Positions 1 to 12,793 of a stretch of DNA of 64,000 nt are shown in pieces; the stretch's first letter is position 1; every line of letters begins with the position of its first letter. The translations under genes and the position numbers were made by a program. The notes under the pieces are model-generated. The model did no database searches. It saw nothing but the letters and a program-made list of their open reading frames with translations, and had not been told where the DNA came from. This DNA is from Selaginella moellendorffii (lineage: Eukaryota; Plantae; Lycopodiophyta), in contig NW_003314307.1 in NCBI RefSeq assembly GCF_000143415.4, positions 692,859 to 756,858 on the forward strand, in the 5' to 3' direction.

Positions 1-1887
1 ATCGGAGGTGAGCAAAGGGTGTGCGCAAGTCCGCCAATTCGAGCAGAAGCTCCATTCCTTGATCCAATCCCCAGCATTCTACCCCACGCTCATCTTCGAC
101 GCCACCGCGATCATCTCCACCTTCGCCAACGTCATCGCGCAGCTCAACCGGGGCGATCCCACGCAAGCAATTACAGCCGCCGCCGCCGCGGCGGCGATCA
201 CGATCCCCACTACAGCTCCTTCTCTTCTCATCCGGCCCTCGTTAGAGCTGCCCACAGTGCCCAGCAGCTCCACCGCGTCGTCCTCGCCAATGACTTGCAG
301 CCCAATCCGAGCTTCAACGCCGCCACACTCGCCCCCAAATCTAGCGCTCTCGAGCCCTCACACGACGAGCAGCAGTAGCCCGGCATTGACGCCTTCCACC
401 ACACCGGAAGGATCGCCAAACAATCCACCGTGCACGGCGGCGCTGGATGGAGCGGCGGAAGGCGGCGGCGCCATGGACGAATTCCCAGCTTCTGGGATTG
501 GGAGGAAGAGGTGAGCCGGGTTTTTTTTTGTGGTTTAGGGCTCTTATTTCTCCATTTCTCCTCTACCAGGAAGTGCTTGCCCAAGCGCGTGGTGAAGCAG
601 CGCGCCAACAGCAACGAGCATGGGAGCGAAGCTCCGGCCGACGATGGATTCACCTGGCGCAAGTACGGGCAAAAGGATATCCTCAATTCCAAGTTTCCCA
701 GGTATGATCCTCGATCTCGATCTAGCGCCAGTAAGTAGCTCGCTCAATGCCGTGTAGCTCTCGCGATGCGGTGGAGAGACCTCGTTTTCTTGGATGATTT
801 CTCACTGTCCTGGGAGGATTTTCTTCTTGATTCGTACTGACGGTTTCTTTGGATTCCAAGCTTTGAGATTTTGCGTATCTTCACTTCGATAGCTATCGAT
901 TGTGATGTCTCATCGTTTCCTTTGATACAGTCTTTGCATGTCAGTTTTCTTGCGATAGTTCTCTCAGGGGGTTGTTCAGGCAGCGCTAGCTCGTCTCACT
1001 CGAGAATCGAGAATTTCCTTCTAACGTGTGATTTATATTCTCTCTCTTCCAGGAGCTACTACCGTTGCACTCACCAAAAAGAACTTGGCTGCCAAGCGAC
1101 CAAGTACGTCCAGAAGTGCGAAGACGAGCCATCCATGTACCAGGTGACTTACATCGGCGAGCACTCATGCCAGAACGCGCAAAGCAACAGCTTCTGGAGA
1201 TCGGGGCTCTCCGCCAGACCGCTTATCTTCGCGATGAATCCCGGACAATCAGCAGCGGCAGTAGCAGCGTCACTCACGCTCCCGAGCTCGGGGATCCATT
1301 CCACTCCACCGTCTCTCGCGTCTCGGCTCGAAGAAATGAGTGCCTCCCGCCTCACGCTCTCGCCGTCGAGGCCCTCCACTACCGGTTTCAACCTCTTGAG
1401 ACCGGCTGCTTCGCTCACTTCTCCGAGCCAGTGGACGACTCCGAGATTTGGAGTCGCTTGCCCAGTGAAGTCCGAGCCACTCGCATCTCCTCCGCTGCAG
1501 CTAGCAACAACGACGAGCCAGCAAGAGCCATCGCCGTCGAGCCTCGACACTGACAGGCGATTGCTCAGAATGTCGCTGGGAAGCAGCATGACGGTGGCAG
1601 CAGCAGAATCATCATCGCTGCATTCATCTTCGTCGTCCACACCACCGCCGCCGCCGCCACCGCCACCATCTTCGTCCTCACCGGTTGCCGCTACCACCAC
1701 AGTTGCTGTCACTGCTGGAGAGCACGAAAACATCCAAGAACTTTGGAACCTGGGGGAGCTTCCGGAGGTTGGCATGGACACGGCCTCCCTGGAAGACATC
1801 CCAAAGAGATCGTCGTCCTTGACAGACATAGCTTACCTCCAGGACATTATGGGCTACGACCCCATGCTCTTCGACTCGGACAACTGA
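1..1887 (+). CDS. WRKY transcription factor, group III (5' end probably outside the window); exons <1-510, 570-701, 1053-1887
   Basis: DDGFTWRKYGQKDILNSKFPR splices through a GT-AG intron (702-1052, inside the Arg codon) to SYYRCTHQKELGCQATKYVQ...YIGEHSC, a C-x7-C-x23-H-x-C zinc finger. An upstream GT-AG intron at 511-569 keeps the frame. The C-terminus is Ser/Pro-rich and acidic. Confidence 0.95.
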
Positions 1888-2153
1888 AAGTGGTCTTCTA
1901 ACAATTCTTTTTCCTGCGGCGAAGCTAGCGATATCAGTTTTGTAAAGCAGTTCTTTTAATCATAGCTTTCCTTTTCTTTTTCACTGCTTTTGTCGAGTTT
2001 GCGACTAACTTCCTCTACTAGATGGCTATGAAACAGGCTTGAAGAAATCATCTTCGCTAGACCGAGTCTGTCTGACTTGGTTCGTAAGAGATACAACCTC
2101 AACTTTAAGGCATTTTCTCAGGTAAGCGATCTCCTCACTCTTGTTTTCGTTCG

Positions 2154-3927
2154 ATGGATTTCGCAGTTGTGTTGCTTTCTCTCGCGGTTCTTCAGCTGTT
2201 GCGCGTAGATGGAGCAGCGGTTTTCCAGCTCAAACACAGATTTTTCGAGCATCACAATCCAGCTTCCAGAGGGATTAGCGAGGACCATTTTAAAAGGCTT
2301 GTCGAGCAGAATATGAGACGAGGGAGGTCTCTTGCTAGAGTCGAGTTTGGACTGGAAGGAGGCTATTCGGAATTTGGGTAAAAAGCTTTCTTTTCGTTTT
2401 TTCTTGGGGTTTGAGCTTGTACCGTGTTTCTTCGTGCAGACTTTACTACACGGAAGTGGAACTGGGAAGTCCATTCCAGAAGCTGAAAGTTATAGTGGAC
2501 ACGGGGAGCAACATCTTCTGGGTCAAGTGTAAGCCTTGTCAGTCCTGCTTGAATCCGGAAGATGATTCCAGCGTAAGATATCGTCAAACTTTGAACTTAT
2601 TGACAAATTTTTTTTTCTCTGCTCCCCAGCCCTCTCAAACACTTTTCGACACGAATTCTTCGTCCACTCTTGCTTGGTCGAGATGCTCGGACCCTCTTTG
2701 TGATCCACACCAGTGCCAGAATAAAAGCGTGAACAGCGTTTGCTCTTTCGAGATTGGCTATGGAGACAACTCGTCCTCCACAGGTGCGTTTGTGAGGGAT
2801 AATATCAGCTTGGTTTCGCGAGATCAAGGCAGGGGTGATACAACTTCCAAGATTTTTCTCGGGTACGTTTTTGATAGCTCCAGGCCTTTTCGCAAGCGGT
2901 GTTCTTCAGGTGTGCGAATTATATCTCTGGTAGCTGGCCAGGTGATGGGGTTATGGGATTTGGACCGCTTCCGCTGGCCGCACCGTCCCAGATTGCAGCT
3001 CAGAGGAATCTCACCAAAATTTTCTGGCATTGCTTAAGCGGAGAGAGAGATGGTGGTGGAGTTCTTGCGCTTGGAGAATCTCCTCCAGAGCTAGGAATGG
3101 TTTACACTCCTCTCCTGAACACCTCGTAAGTTTTGAGCTTTCAATTTGTCTCCTTTTTTCCCTTTCTGCTTGCTTGACACAAGCTCGTGATTTTGGAAAT
3201 CAGAGGCTATTACAGCGTGATTCTGCTCGGCATTTCTGTCAACTTTAAGATCCTCCCGATCGACACAAAGGATTTTTTAGACACCAGGAACAGTAGCGGG
3301 ACTCACGGAGTCATTTTTGACAGCGGCACAACATTTGCGACACTTTCGACTGCAGCAAATAATCTTCTTTTCCAGACCGTAAGCTCCTGTTTTCTATGTT
3401 TTTTCTTCGCAAAAGTGTTTTATTTTTTAAAAGCAGATCTTAAACTTAACCAGCGCTACAGTAGCGTCTGACATCAACGAAACTCGGTGCTTCCATGTTA
3501 GAACCAGGTACTTGAAAAAACAAAATCGGTTTTTTCTTACTTTGTTCCAGCCTCGGTTCGTCTTTTCCAAACATCACTCTTTTCTTCCAAGGTGGAGCGT
3601 CCATGAGCTTGACACCTGAAAACTACTTGGCATCTGTCACCACAAACCAGGTACGTGAAAACGAAAAAAAAATAAATTAGCGATTTTCAACAGCAAAGAA
3701 AGCGCTCATGACTTTGACAATCGAACAGAAAATTCACGTCTACTGCTACGTATGGCAATCGTCTGGCGATCTCACTGTCTTGGGAGGTAAATCACAGAAG
3801 CATCTTTTTTCTTCCCATGAAACTCTCGTGTGTAGAAATCGTCCTCAAAGACAAGCTGGTGGTTTACGACCTCGAAAACTCCCGAGTTGGATGGAAGAAA
3901 GGCCATCGCGATTGTCACAAGCAATAA
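2154..3927 (+). CDS. Secreted A1 (pepsin-like, TAXi-type) aspartic protease, multi-exon
   Basis: Signal peptide MDFAVVLLSLAVLQLL, then LYYTEVELGSP, VIVDTGSNIFWVKC (first catalytic Asp) and VIFDSGTT (second catalytic Asp). It ends ...LKDKLVVYDLENSRVGW...TAA at 3925-3927. ORF pieces are joined by short GT-AG introns. Confidence 0.92.
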
Positions 3928-4153
3928 CAAGAGATTTTTGATGGCCCCCCAAAGCTACAAAGCTTAGAAAAGCTATAGAATTCTTCTTGAGAATTTGGAT
4001 GGAGATAGAGTTCGTGTTTGTCTAAAATGCTTGGAACTTATTTTCAATGTCAAAAGAGAATTCGTAATAACAAGAGATTTTTTATAGCCTCCCAAAGCTA
4101 CAAAGCTTAGAAAGCTATGGAGATATTTGTCCAAAATGCTTGGAACTTATATT
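3922..4153. repeat. Short imperfect tandem duplication covering the stop codon and 3' UTR of the protease gene
   Basis: aataacaagagattttt...cccaaagctacaaagcttagaaa...aaaatgcttggaacttat occurs at ~3923-4042 and again at ~4066-4151. Confidence 0.8.
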
Positions 4154-4664
4154 AGCATGTCCGTACCAATGTCAACAGAAGAGCTTTGTCTGATTGGCCA
4201 ATGGTTAGTTTCTTGTAAGAATTCGTCTATTTTGCCTGGCCGCGTCGTGACGCGTGAAGGGCACGAAGGGTACGATGGTCGTACGCGGGGTCTAGGGCCG
4301 TACTCCAGGAAGCTTCTTAAGACTTGGGGCTCCTGATCGCGCAGCGCAGACAAAAGGAAGAGCGCGACGCGATCGATCGGCAAATCGCCACCATTGCGCT
4401 GACAATCGCAGCAGCAGCAACAGAACGCGCAGGCGCGTCCACAGCGCATTTGTCCGGTTGCGCGCCTCTCCTCCCCAGCGCCGCTCCGATTTCCCGACAG
4501 CCGCGAGAAATCTCGAGCGATCTCGCGCAGCAGTTCGATCGGATAAGGTCTGGTTAGGGTTCTTGATCGTTTCCTCTGCTTCGTCGTCGTCGTCTAGCTG
4601 CTGTAGATCGATCGATCGGTCGGTCAAAATATCGCAAATGCCCGTGTGGTAAGGGGAGGAAGGA

Positions 4665-7600
4665 ATGGAATCCAGGCGTGGCTCCGATCTAGGCAGGGGC
4701 GGATCCAAGAAGACCTTCGAGATCCCGCACAAGGACACTCCATTGGAAGTGCTCGAGTCGTGGAGAAAGGCCACGCTTGTGCTCAATGCCTCGCGGCGCT
4801 TTCGCTACACTGCCAATGTGAAGAAGAGGCGCGACGCCGACGAGAAGGTAAGAGATTTTGGCCATAGCTCCTCCTAGAGATGTTCTCACTTAATTGTTCC
4901 TCTTCTTCTCTTTGCAGAGGCGGAAGTTTAAGACGACCGGGCAAGTCGTGAGGGCCGCGTTTCGATTCATCGATGGTGAGTTCCTTGCTTGTCGGATTTT
5001 TCTCCATGGCTCTCTGGATGATCTCTCGTGCGTGTTTTCCATGTGAAAGCTTTTTCCTGGCTTTTCCAAGTTTTCTTTTGGATGATCTCGTCTCTTTTGT
5101 GTGGAAGTTATGAGTGCCTGGCTCTTTTTGGATGCGTTATAGCTTTCTCGAGTGGATTTTCATTCCAGCTTGGTGGCGACTGACAATCGCTCTAAACTTT
5201 TCCAGCTGGGATCTCCGCTCCCGATGTTACCACTGTCGAGGACGAGAAAGCAAAGCAGCACGGGTTCCAAGTTTCTCCAAAGCAACTATCGTCACTGGGT
5301 GACAGGAGCGCTCAAGAGTCCACGCTAAAATCTATGGGAGGGATTCACGGAGTGGCCCAGAAGCTACTGGTGAGCCTCGACGATGGAGTTTCCAAAGACG
5401 AGGTCGACAAGAGGAAGGAAGCTTTCGGGTCCAACGTGTACGAGGAGAAGCCGCCGAAAGGATTCTGGGTGTTCGTGTGGGAGGCCATGCACGACTTGAC
5501 GCTGGCAATTCTCGGCTTTTGCGCTATCCTCTCGCTGGTGATCGGTGTGCTCACGGAAGGCTGGAAGGAAGGGTGGTACGATGGAACCGGTATTGCGCTC
5601 AGCATTATTCTCGTGGTTTTCGTCACTGCCGCAAGCGACTACCAGCAGTCTCTCCAGTTCAGGGATCTCGACAAAGAGAAGAAGAACATACTTATACAGG
5701 TGACAAGGAACCACAGGCGGCAGAAGGTTTCCATTTTCGATCTTGTTGTTGGAGACGTGGTGCATCTTTCCATCGGCGATCAAGTTCCAGCGGACGGGCT
5801 GTTTATCTCCGGGTACTCGCTGGTGATCGACGAGTCGTCCATGACCGGGGAGTCTGAACCACAGCATGTCGGGAAGGATAAACCGTTTTTGCTTTCGGGG
5901 ACGAAAGTTCAGGATGGCTCGGCACTGATGCTCGTCACGGGTGTTGGAATGAACACGGAGTGGGGGCACCTGATGGCTGTGCTGGGTGAAGGTGGTGACG
6001 ACGAGACTCCTTTACAAGTAAGGCTCAATGGAGTGGCGACTTTGATCGGGAAAATCGGCCTCGGCTTTGCGGTCGTGACTTTCCTCGTCTTGCTCCTGAG
6101 GTTTTTGATCAAGAAGAGGTTCCAGCTGGTTACTCATGACGCTCTCGAGATCGTCAACTTCTTCGCCATCGCCGTGACTATCATCGTCGTTGCTGTGCCC
6201 GAAGGCCTCCCGCTTGCGGTGACGCTTACTCTGGCGTATGCGATGAAGAAGATGATGAAGGACAAGGCCCTGGTGAGGCATCTGTCCGCTTGCGAAACGA
6301 TGGGATCGGCGACTTGCATATGCAGCGACAAGACCGGAACTTTAACGACAAACCACATGACTGTGGTGAAGTCATGGATTGGTGGAAGAGTTTGGAGCGA
6401 GTCAAGGCCGGAAGTCTGTCCTGAACTTCACGAGCTGGTGCTTGAGAATTGCTTTCAGAACACAAGTGGAGACGTCTGCGATGGAGAGGGAGGCAAGCCG
6501 GACCTGATAGGAACACCGACCGAGACTGCGGTTCTATCGTTTGGTGTCAGCCTGGGAGGTAACTTCAAGAAGGTGAGAAGTCAGTCGAGCATTCTCAAGG
6601 TTGAGCCGTTCAACTCGGCGAAGAAAAGAATGGGGGTGCTGGTAAAGGACGGCCATGGGACCATCCGTGCTCACTGGAAAGGTGCTTCGGAGATTGTCCT
6701 GGGCATGTGTGACAAGTACCTCGACACCGAAGGCAACGTTTGTCCCATAGACGAGAAGAAATACCGCGAGCTCAAGGGAATTATCACGACTTTCGCCGAC
6801 GAGGCTCTGAGGACGCTGTGCATGGGGTTCCGAGAACTGGAGAGCGAGCCTGCTGAAGATAAACTTCCCGATAATGGCTTCACCTGCATTGGAATCGTCG
6901 GTATCAAGGATCCGGTAAGGCCAGGAGTGAGGGACGCCGTCCAGCTTTGCTTCGCAGCTGGTATCAAGGTTCGAATGGTAACGGGTGACAACATCAACAC
7001 CGCGGTTGCCATTGCTCGAGAGTGTGGCATCCTCACAGACGGTGAAGCGATTGAAGGGCCCGACTTTCGTCGCCTCAGCACCGAAGAGATGAGAAAGTTG
7101 ATTCCCAGCTTGCAGGTAAGCAAGCAAGCCGACGTTTTTATTGAGCTTTCTAATTATTTATCTCGGTTTCGTCTCGAAGGTTATGGCAAGATCCTCTCCA
7201 ACTGACAAACACACTCTCGTAAGAGAATTGCGAGCTCTGGATGAAGTGGTTTCCGTAACTGGCGATGGAACCAACGACGCTCCGGCTTTACATGAAGCAG
7301 ACGTTGGCTTAGCCATGGGAATTTCTGGAACGGAGGTACTACTTTTCATCTTGATCTTCTTTAATCGTTCTGAGCGGCCGGAATTTTTTTTTTATGCAAC
7401 AGGTGGCAAAGGAGAGCGCTGATATAGTTATTCTAGACGACAAGTTCAACACTATAGTGGTGGTAGCAAAATGGGGCCGCTCGGTCTACACAAACATCCA
7501 AAAGTTTGTGCAGTTCCAGCTTACAGTGAACCTTGTGGCCCTCGTGTTGAATTTTACATCTGCTTGCATCACAGGTAAGATTCTTTACTCTTTAAGTTCT

Positions 7601-8308
7601 TGGGTCTCATATGTGACTTTTTCTTCTCTTGTCGTTGATCAGGGACGGCTCCGCTCACTGCTGTGCAGCTGCTGTGGGTGAATCTGATCATGGACACGTT
7701 GGGTGCTCTTGCTCTGGCAACCGAGCCACCGACGGATGATCTGATGAAGAGAACACCCGTTGGACGTAAAGGATCCTTTATAAGCACCGTCATGTGGAGG
7801 AACATAGCAGTCCAGGTCGTTTATCAGCTCGTCGTTCTTAATGTTCTCCTGTACAAGGGAAAAGACATTCTCGGCTACGACACCTTGACGCTCAACACCC
7901 TCATCTTCAATGTTTTCGTGTTCTGCCAGGTAAACACTACTGCTTTCTCTCTTGTTTTTCTCACTGTCGCCGCTGCTACAGGTATTCAACGAGCTGAATG
8001 CGAGAGACATGGAGAAGCTCAACGTTTTCAAGCACACCTTCAACAACATAACTTTCCTCCTGGTGATCCTCTTCACGGTGGTTTTCCAGACCATTCTGGT
8101 GGAGTTCCTGGGCAAGCTGGCCGACACCACCCCGCTAAATGCAAAGCAGTGGGGGATCAGCGTGCTGCTCGGGGCCATCGGCGTGCCACTGGCAATGCTC
8201 GGCAAGCTCATTCCAGTCCCCGCAGAATCGTCGTGCTTCTCCTCGCATTCCAGCGACAACGACGAAGAGGACAACGATGGCTACCAGCCACTGCCGCAGA
8301 GCGCATGA
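4665..8308 (+). CDS. ACA: Autoinhibited Ca2+-ATPase (P2B, ACA type), copy 1
   Basis: N-terminal CaM-binding/autoinhibitory segment [18 protein letters not shown]. Core motifs are [22 protein letters not shown] (phospho-Asp), [20 protein letters not shown] and [11 protein letters not shown]. Exons are joined by GT-AG introns and the stop is at 8308. Confidence 0.96.
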
Positions 8309-8892
8309 AACTCCACTCTCTCTGCGAAGTTGGCGAGAGTGGAAGAAGAAGAAGAAGAAAAAAAGGAGAGCTTCACCAAGAGAAAGGGAGCTAAGTTTTG
8401 TTTCCTCACCGTTTCCAGGAAACTTTGATTTCCAGGGACGAAAGCAAGCAAGCTTGTCAATGGAATGCAAAGTTTGCCGCTTGATTATCCCCATCGAATC
8501 GAATCAAAAGCGAAAAGACCTCGGTGTGGTGATCGATGCAACAGGAAGAATTTCGTCCCATTCGCTCGAAACCAGCCAATCCAGATCTAGATCCAGGATT
8601 GTAGCAATACTTCACCGATTTCAACAGGAAAGCCCCACAGTGCTAGAGACAGCCCAGCCTTTCCGTGAAGCTTCCATCCCTGAAAAATCTCCCCGCGAGT
8701 CTGACTCCGCCCTAAATTCTAGGTTAAATTCAAATTTCAAATCGACCTGGCATGTGCGAATATTCTCCACCCCGCAGCTGCGCGGAAGCCGGGATCCTGT
8801 CCCGTCCGTACGCCTGCCCTAATCTTAGCGCCATGGCCCAGCCCTTAACACTGGCAGTCATGTGTATTGTAAAAATTAGAAGGGATTAGCCT

Positions 8893-8957
8893 AGGAAGGG
8901 AAGGGAAGGGAAGAAAAGAAAGAGAAGAAAAGAGAGAGAGAGAGAGAGAGAGAGAGG
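8893..8957. repeat. Polypurine tract and (GA)n microsatellite upstream of the second ACA gene
   Basis: aggaagggaagggaagggaagaaaagaaagagaagaaaa followed by a (GA)n run. Confidence 0.85.
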
Positions 8958-9130
8958 ATATCATCAATCGATTCTTTTCGTCCTCCCTGTGGCTCTCATC
9001 GCGATGATCTTCGAGAATCCTCGCCAAGAGCGTGGGATTGGCGCGCGCTTAGCATTGATCGTGGTTGTGCGCCAAAACCCTACGAGGTGAGGGGTATTTT
9101 GCCGCTCGACGCAGGCGCAGCTCGATAGAA

Positions 9131-12100
9131 ATGGAGGCGCTGATCGTGTCGCGAGGTATGGATTCGTGTTCTTCGCATCGAGATCGTGAGGAAATCCTGA
9201 ATCGCTGTCGTGATTTCCTGGTTCTTGGCGGTATTTCGCAGGGCCGCTGCTCGACGACGAGGCCTTCGCGATCGATATTTCGACGCTGTCATCCATCGTG
9301 CAGCAATCCGACGCGCGCCTCCTCCGCGATCACGGCGGCGTGCTCGGAATCGCGGGCAAGCTCCACGTCCACGGCATCGAGCATGGCATCGATCCCTCGG
9401 AGCTCGATGCGCGGCGGCGAGCGTTTGGATCCAACACCTACAAGGAATCGCCGCAGAGGAGCGTCCTCTCCTACATTCTCGACGCCTCACAGGATCTGAC
9501 GCTCCTCATCCTGGTGGTCTGCGCGCTCGTCTCCATTGCGGTGGGCATCGCGACGAAGGGATTCCGCGACGGCTGGTGCGATGGAGCTGGGATCCTCGTC
9601 TCCGTCGTGCTGGTGATCACGGTCTCGGCTAGCAGCGATTACCAGCAGGCTGTCCAGTTCCGGGCTCTCGACAAGGAGAAGGGAAAGGTCTACATACAGG
9701 TCACACGGTCCGCCAAGCGTCGGAGGATCCTAGCGTCAGAGCTGGTGGTCGGTGACATTGTCCATCTCGGCATTGGCGATCAGATCCCGGCGGATGGCTT
9801 GCTGCTCTACGGCCAGTCGCTGCTGGTGGATGAATCGTGCATGACAGGCGAGAGTGAGATGCGAGCAAAATCGCCCGAGCAGCCATTCCTCATCTCGGGC
9901 ACCAAGATTGGCGATGGATCGGGGGTGATGATCGTCACTGGCGTGGGAATGAACACCGAATGGGGGCACAGTATGTCGATTCTCAGCGGGGAGGATTCCG
10001 GGCAGTCCGAGACTCCTCTCCAGCACAAGCTCCAGGATCTGGCGACGCTCATCGGGAAGATTGGTCTTGGATCGGCAGTGGCCATCTTTGTGATCCTGGT
10101 GACCAAGTACGTGACTTCGAGGAGAGGCGCTTGGTCGATGCACGACGTGATGAAGGGCGTCCAGTTCTTGTCCACGGCCGTGACGATCGTGGTGGTGGCG
10201 GTGCCCGAGGGGCTTCCTCTGGCGGTGACGCTGTCCCTGGCATTCGCGATGATGAAGATGATGAGCGAGAAGGCACTCGTGAGGCACCTGGCGGCGTGCG
10301 AGACGATGGGGTCCGCGACGTGTATACTGTGCGACAAGACGGGGACGCTCACGACGAATCAGATGACTGTAATCAAGTCGTGGATCGGGGACGAGTTACT
10401 GGTCGCGGGAAGAACAGAGCGGGTACCGGTGGTGTCAAGATCTTCTCGAGAGATGGTCCTGGAAGGGATCTTCCAGAACACGAGTGGAGAGGTGGTGGTA
10501 TGCCCTGGCGAGGCATATGATCCGAAGACCAAGACGGTGGAAGTGATTGGAACTCCCACCGAGACGGCGCTGCTCCAGTTTGGATTGGACTTGGCGGGCA
10601 ATTGGCAAGGAGTGGTGTCCGAGGTCCGATCCAGATCCAGGGTCATTCGCGTGGAGCCGTTCAACTCGGTGAAGAAGATGATGGGAGTTCTGATAGCCGT
10701 TAACGGTGGTGGTGAGCAATCGGCTCCCTCGTACCGTGTGCATTGGAAGGGGGCCTCGGAGATAGTTATGGGAATGTGTGACTGGTACCTCGACTCTCAA
10801 GGCAGGAAAGTCGCTCTCGATGACAGCAAAAACTGGGAGCTGAGAGGAATCATCAGAAGGTTTGCAGATGAAGGTCTGCGAACGCTCTGTTTAGCTTACA
10901 GAGACTTGGAGATCGCTCCGCAGGGGGAGGAAGCGCTTCCCCAGCAAGGTTTTGTCTGTGCCGGGATTGTTGGAATCAAGGATCCGGTGAGGCCCGGGGT
11001 GGAGGAAGCTGTAAGGATGTGCATGTCCGCTGGTATCCGAGTAAGAATGGTGACCGGTGATAACTTATACACAGCTATGGCGATTGCTCGCGAGTGTGGG
11101 ATTCTTACGGACGGTGAAGCTGTCGAAGGGCCCGTTTTCAGAAGCTGGACTGGCGAAGAAATGCGGCGAAGAATCCCAAAGATGCAGGTAAGTTTTTGAT
11201 GCTCTGTTTGAGCACTCGTACTTACCTGCCTTTTTCAATCAGATATTAGCAAGATCGAGCCCCTCCGACAAGCACAGGCTTGTCAAGGAACTGCAAGCCA
11301 TGGGGGAAGTTGTTGGAGTAACAGGAGATGGAACAAACGATGCCCCTGCTCTCCGTGAAGCAGACATTGGGATTTCCATGGGAATAGCTGGAACCGAGGT
11401 TGGTAGCCCCGATTAAATATTATTCTTCTTAATTCTGCTGGGTAGTTCATGTTTTGCTTTCATGATTTCGTCCTGATGATTGAAGCATTGTTAATTGCGT
11501 CTTCCCTTGTTACAGGTTGCTAAGGAGAGCTCAGACATCATAATCCTCGACGACAACTTTGCGTCCATAGTCAATGTTGCGCTCTGGGGTCGGTCTGTCT
11601 ACACCAATATTCAAAAGTTTGTTCAGTTCCAAGCGACTGTGAATCTGGTTGCGCTCGCCCTCAACTTTTGGTCCGCCTGCTCCACAGGTACTTCTTTTTT
11701 CTTCCTGTTCCTTTTGCGACGATTCTCCGTATAACGTTTTTAATGCGTTTCCTAACGCTTTCCTCGGCGCAGGAGATGTTCCCCTCACTGTGATCCAGCT
11801 GTTGTGGGTGAATCTGATAATGGACACTCTCGGGGCCCTGGCGCTTGCTACGGAATCCCCACATGCGGGATTAATGAAGAGGCCACCAGTGCGGAGAAAG
11901 GAGAATTTCATCAGTCCGGTGATGGCCAGGAACGTGCTTGCACAGTCTGTGTTCCAGCTTGTCGTGCTCATTGTACTTCAGTACCGGGGGCTGGAGATCT
12001 TCGGCCTCGTTGACGCGGGCGACCACGAAAAGCTGGTGCTCAACACGATCATTTTCAACACCTTCGTCTTCTTCCAGGTTAGTGCCCCCGCCGCTCGTGC

Positions 12101-12571
12101 TCGGGTTTCGTTTGCTCACTAGATGCCGATCCACGCCAGGTTTTTAACGAGTTCAACTCGAGAGAGATGGACAAGATCAACGTGTTCCGGCACCTGGACA
12201 ACCGGTTTTTCCTCGCGATCGTGACGGCCACGGTTGTGTTCCAGGTGGTTTTGATCGAGTGGCTGGGCTCCGTGGCGAGCACCACGCCCCTGAGCCCCTG
12301 CCAGTGGCTCTTTTGCGTGGGAGTGGCGTCGCTCAGCCTGGTGGTGGACGCTGTGGTAAAAGCGATCCACAGCTTGTGGAGAAAGTGCTGCCGATCAAAG
12401 TGTAACACGATTAGCTTCTTCCGCGCCGCGAGCTGCCCGCTCATCCCGCGAGTGAGCGCTCCATCGTACCAGACGTTCTTCCGGGCCAAGAGCTACCATG
12501 GCATACCACGGCGTGACCAAAGCAATGGCCACAGCAATGGCCGCCATCACCACTACTCTGACCAGGTGTGA
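9131..12571 (+). CDS. ACA: P2B Ca2+-ATPase, tandem copy 2, with short N-terminus and extended C-terminus
   Basis: Motifs [41 protein letters not shown] and [11 protein letters not shown]. The inferred first exon 9131-9155 (MEALIVSR) splices in frame over a GT-AG intron (9156-9241) into the long exon. Downstream intron positions match copy 1. Confidence 0.93.
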
Positions 12572-12793
12572 AGAAAAAAGAAGAGAGATTATTAAATTTT
12601 TCCACTCGAAGGCATGTACAAATAACTCGAGGGCGATGATATAGTATTTTCTTGCCTGTAGAATAATGACCTTAGTCTAATCTAAGCTCACAATTTCGCA
12701 CAAGCTTTAAGTTTGATAATGTGGTCCGGTTTGGGGTGGTTTGAAACCAAAATCGAGAGGAAATTTACATACAAGGATCTCGCTTCTTTTCGC

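Noticed and set aside
871-1052. N-terminal part of ORF 871..1887 as coding
   Set aside because: It lies in the conserved WRKY-domain intron (702-1052) and starts at a non-ATG codon.
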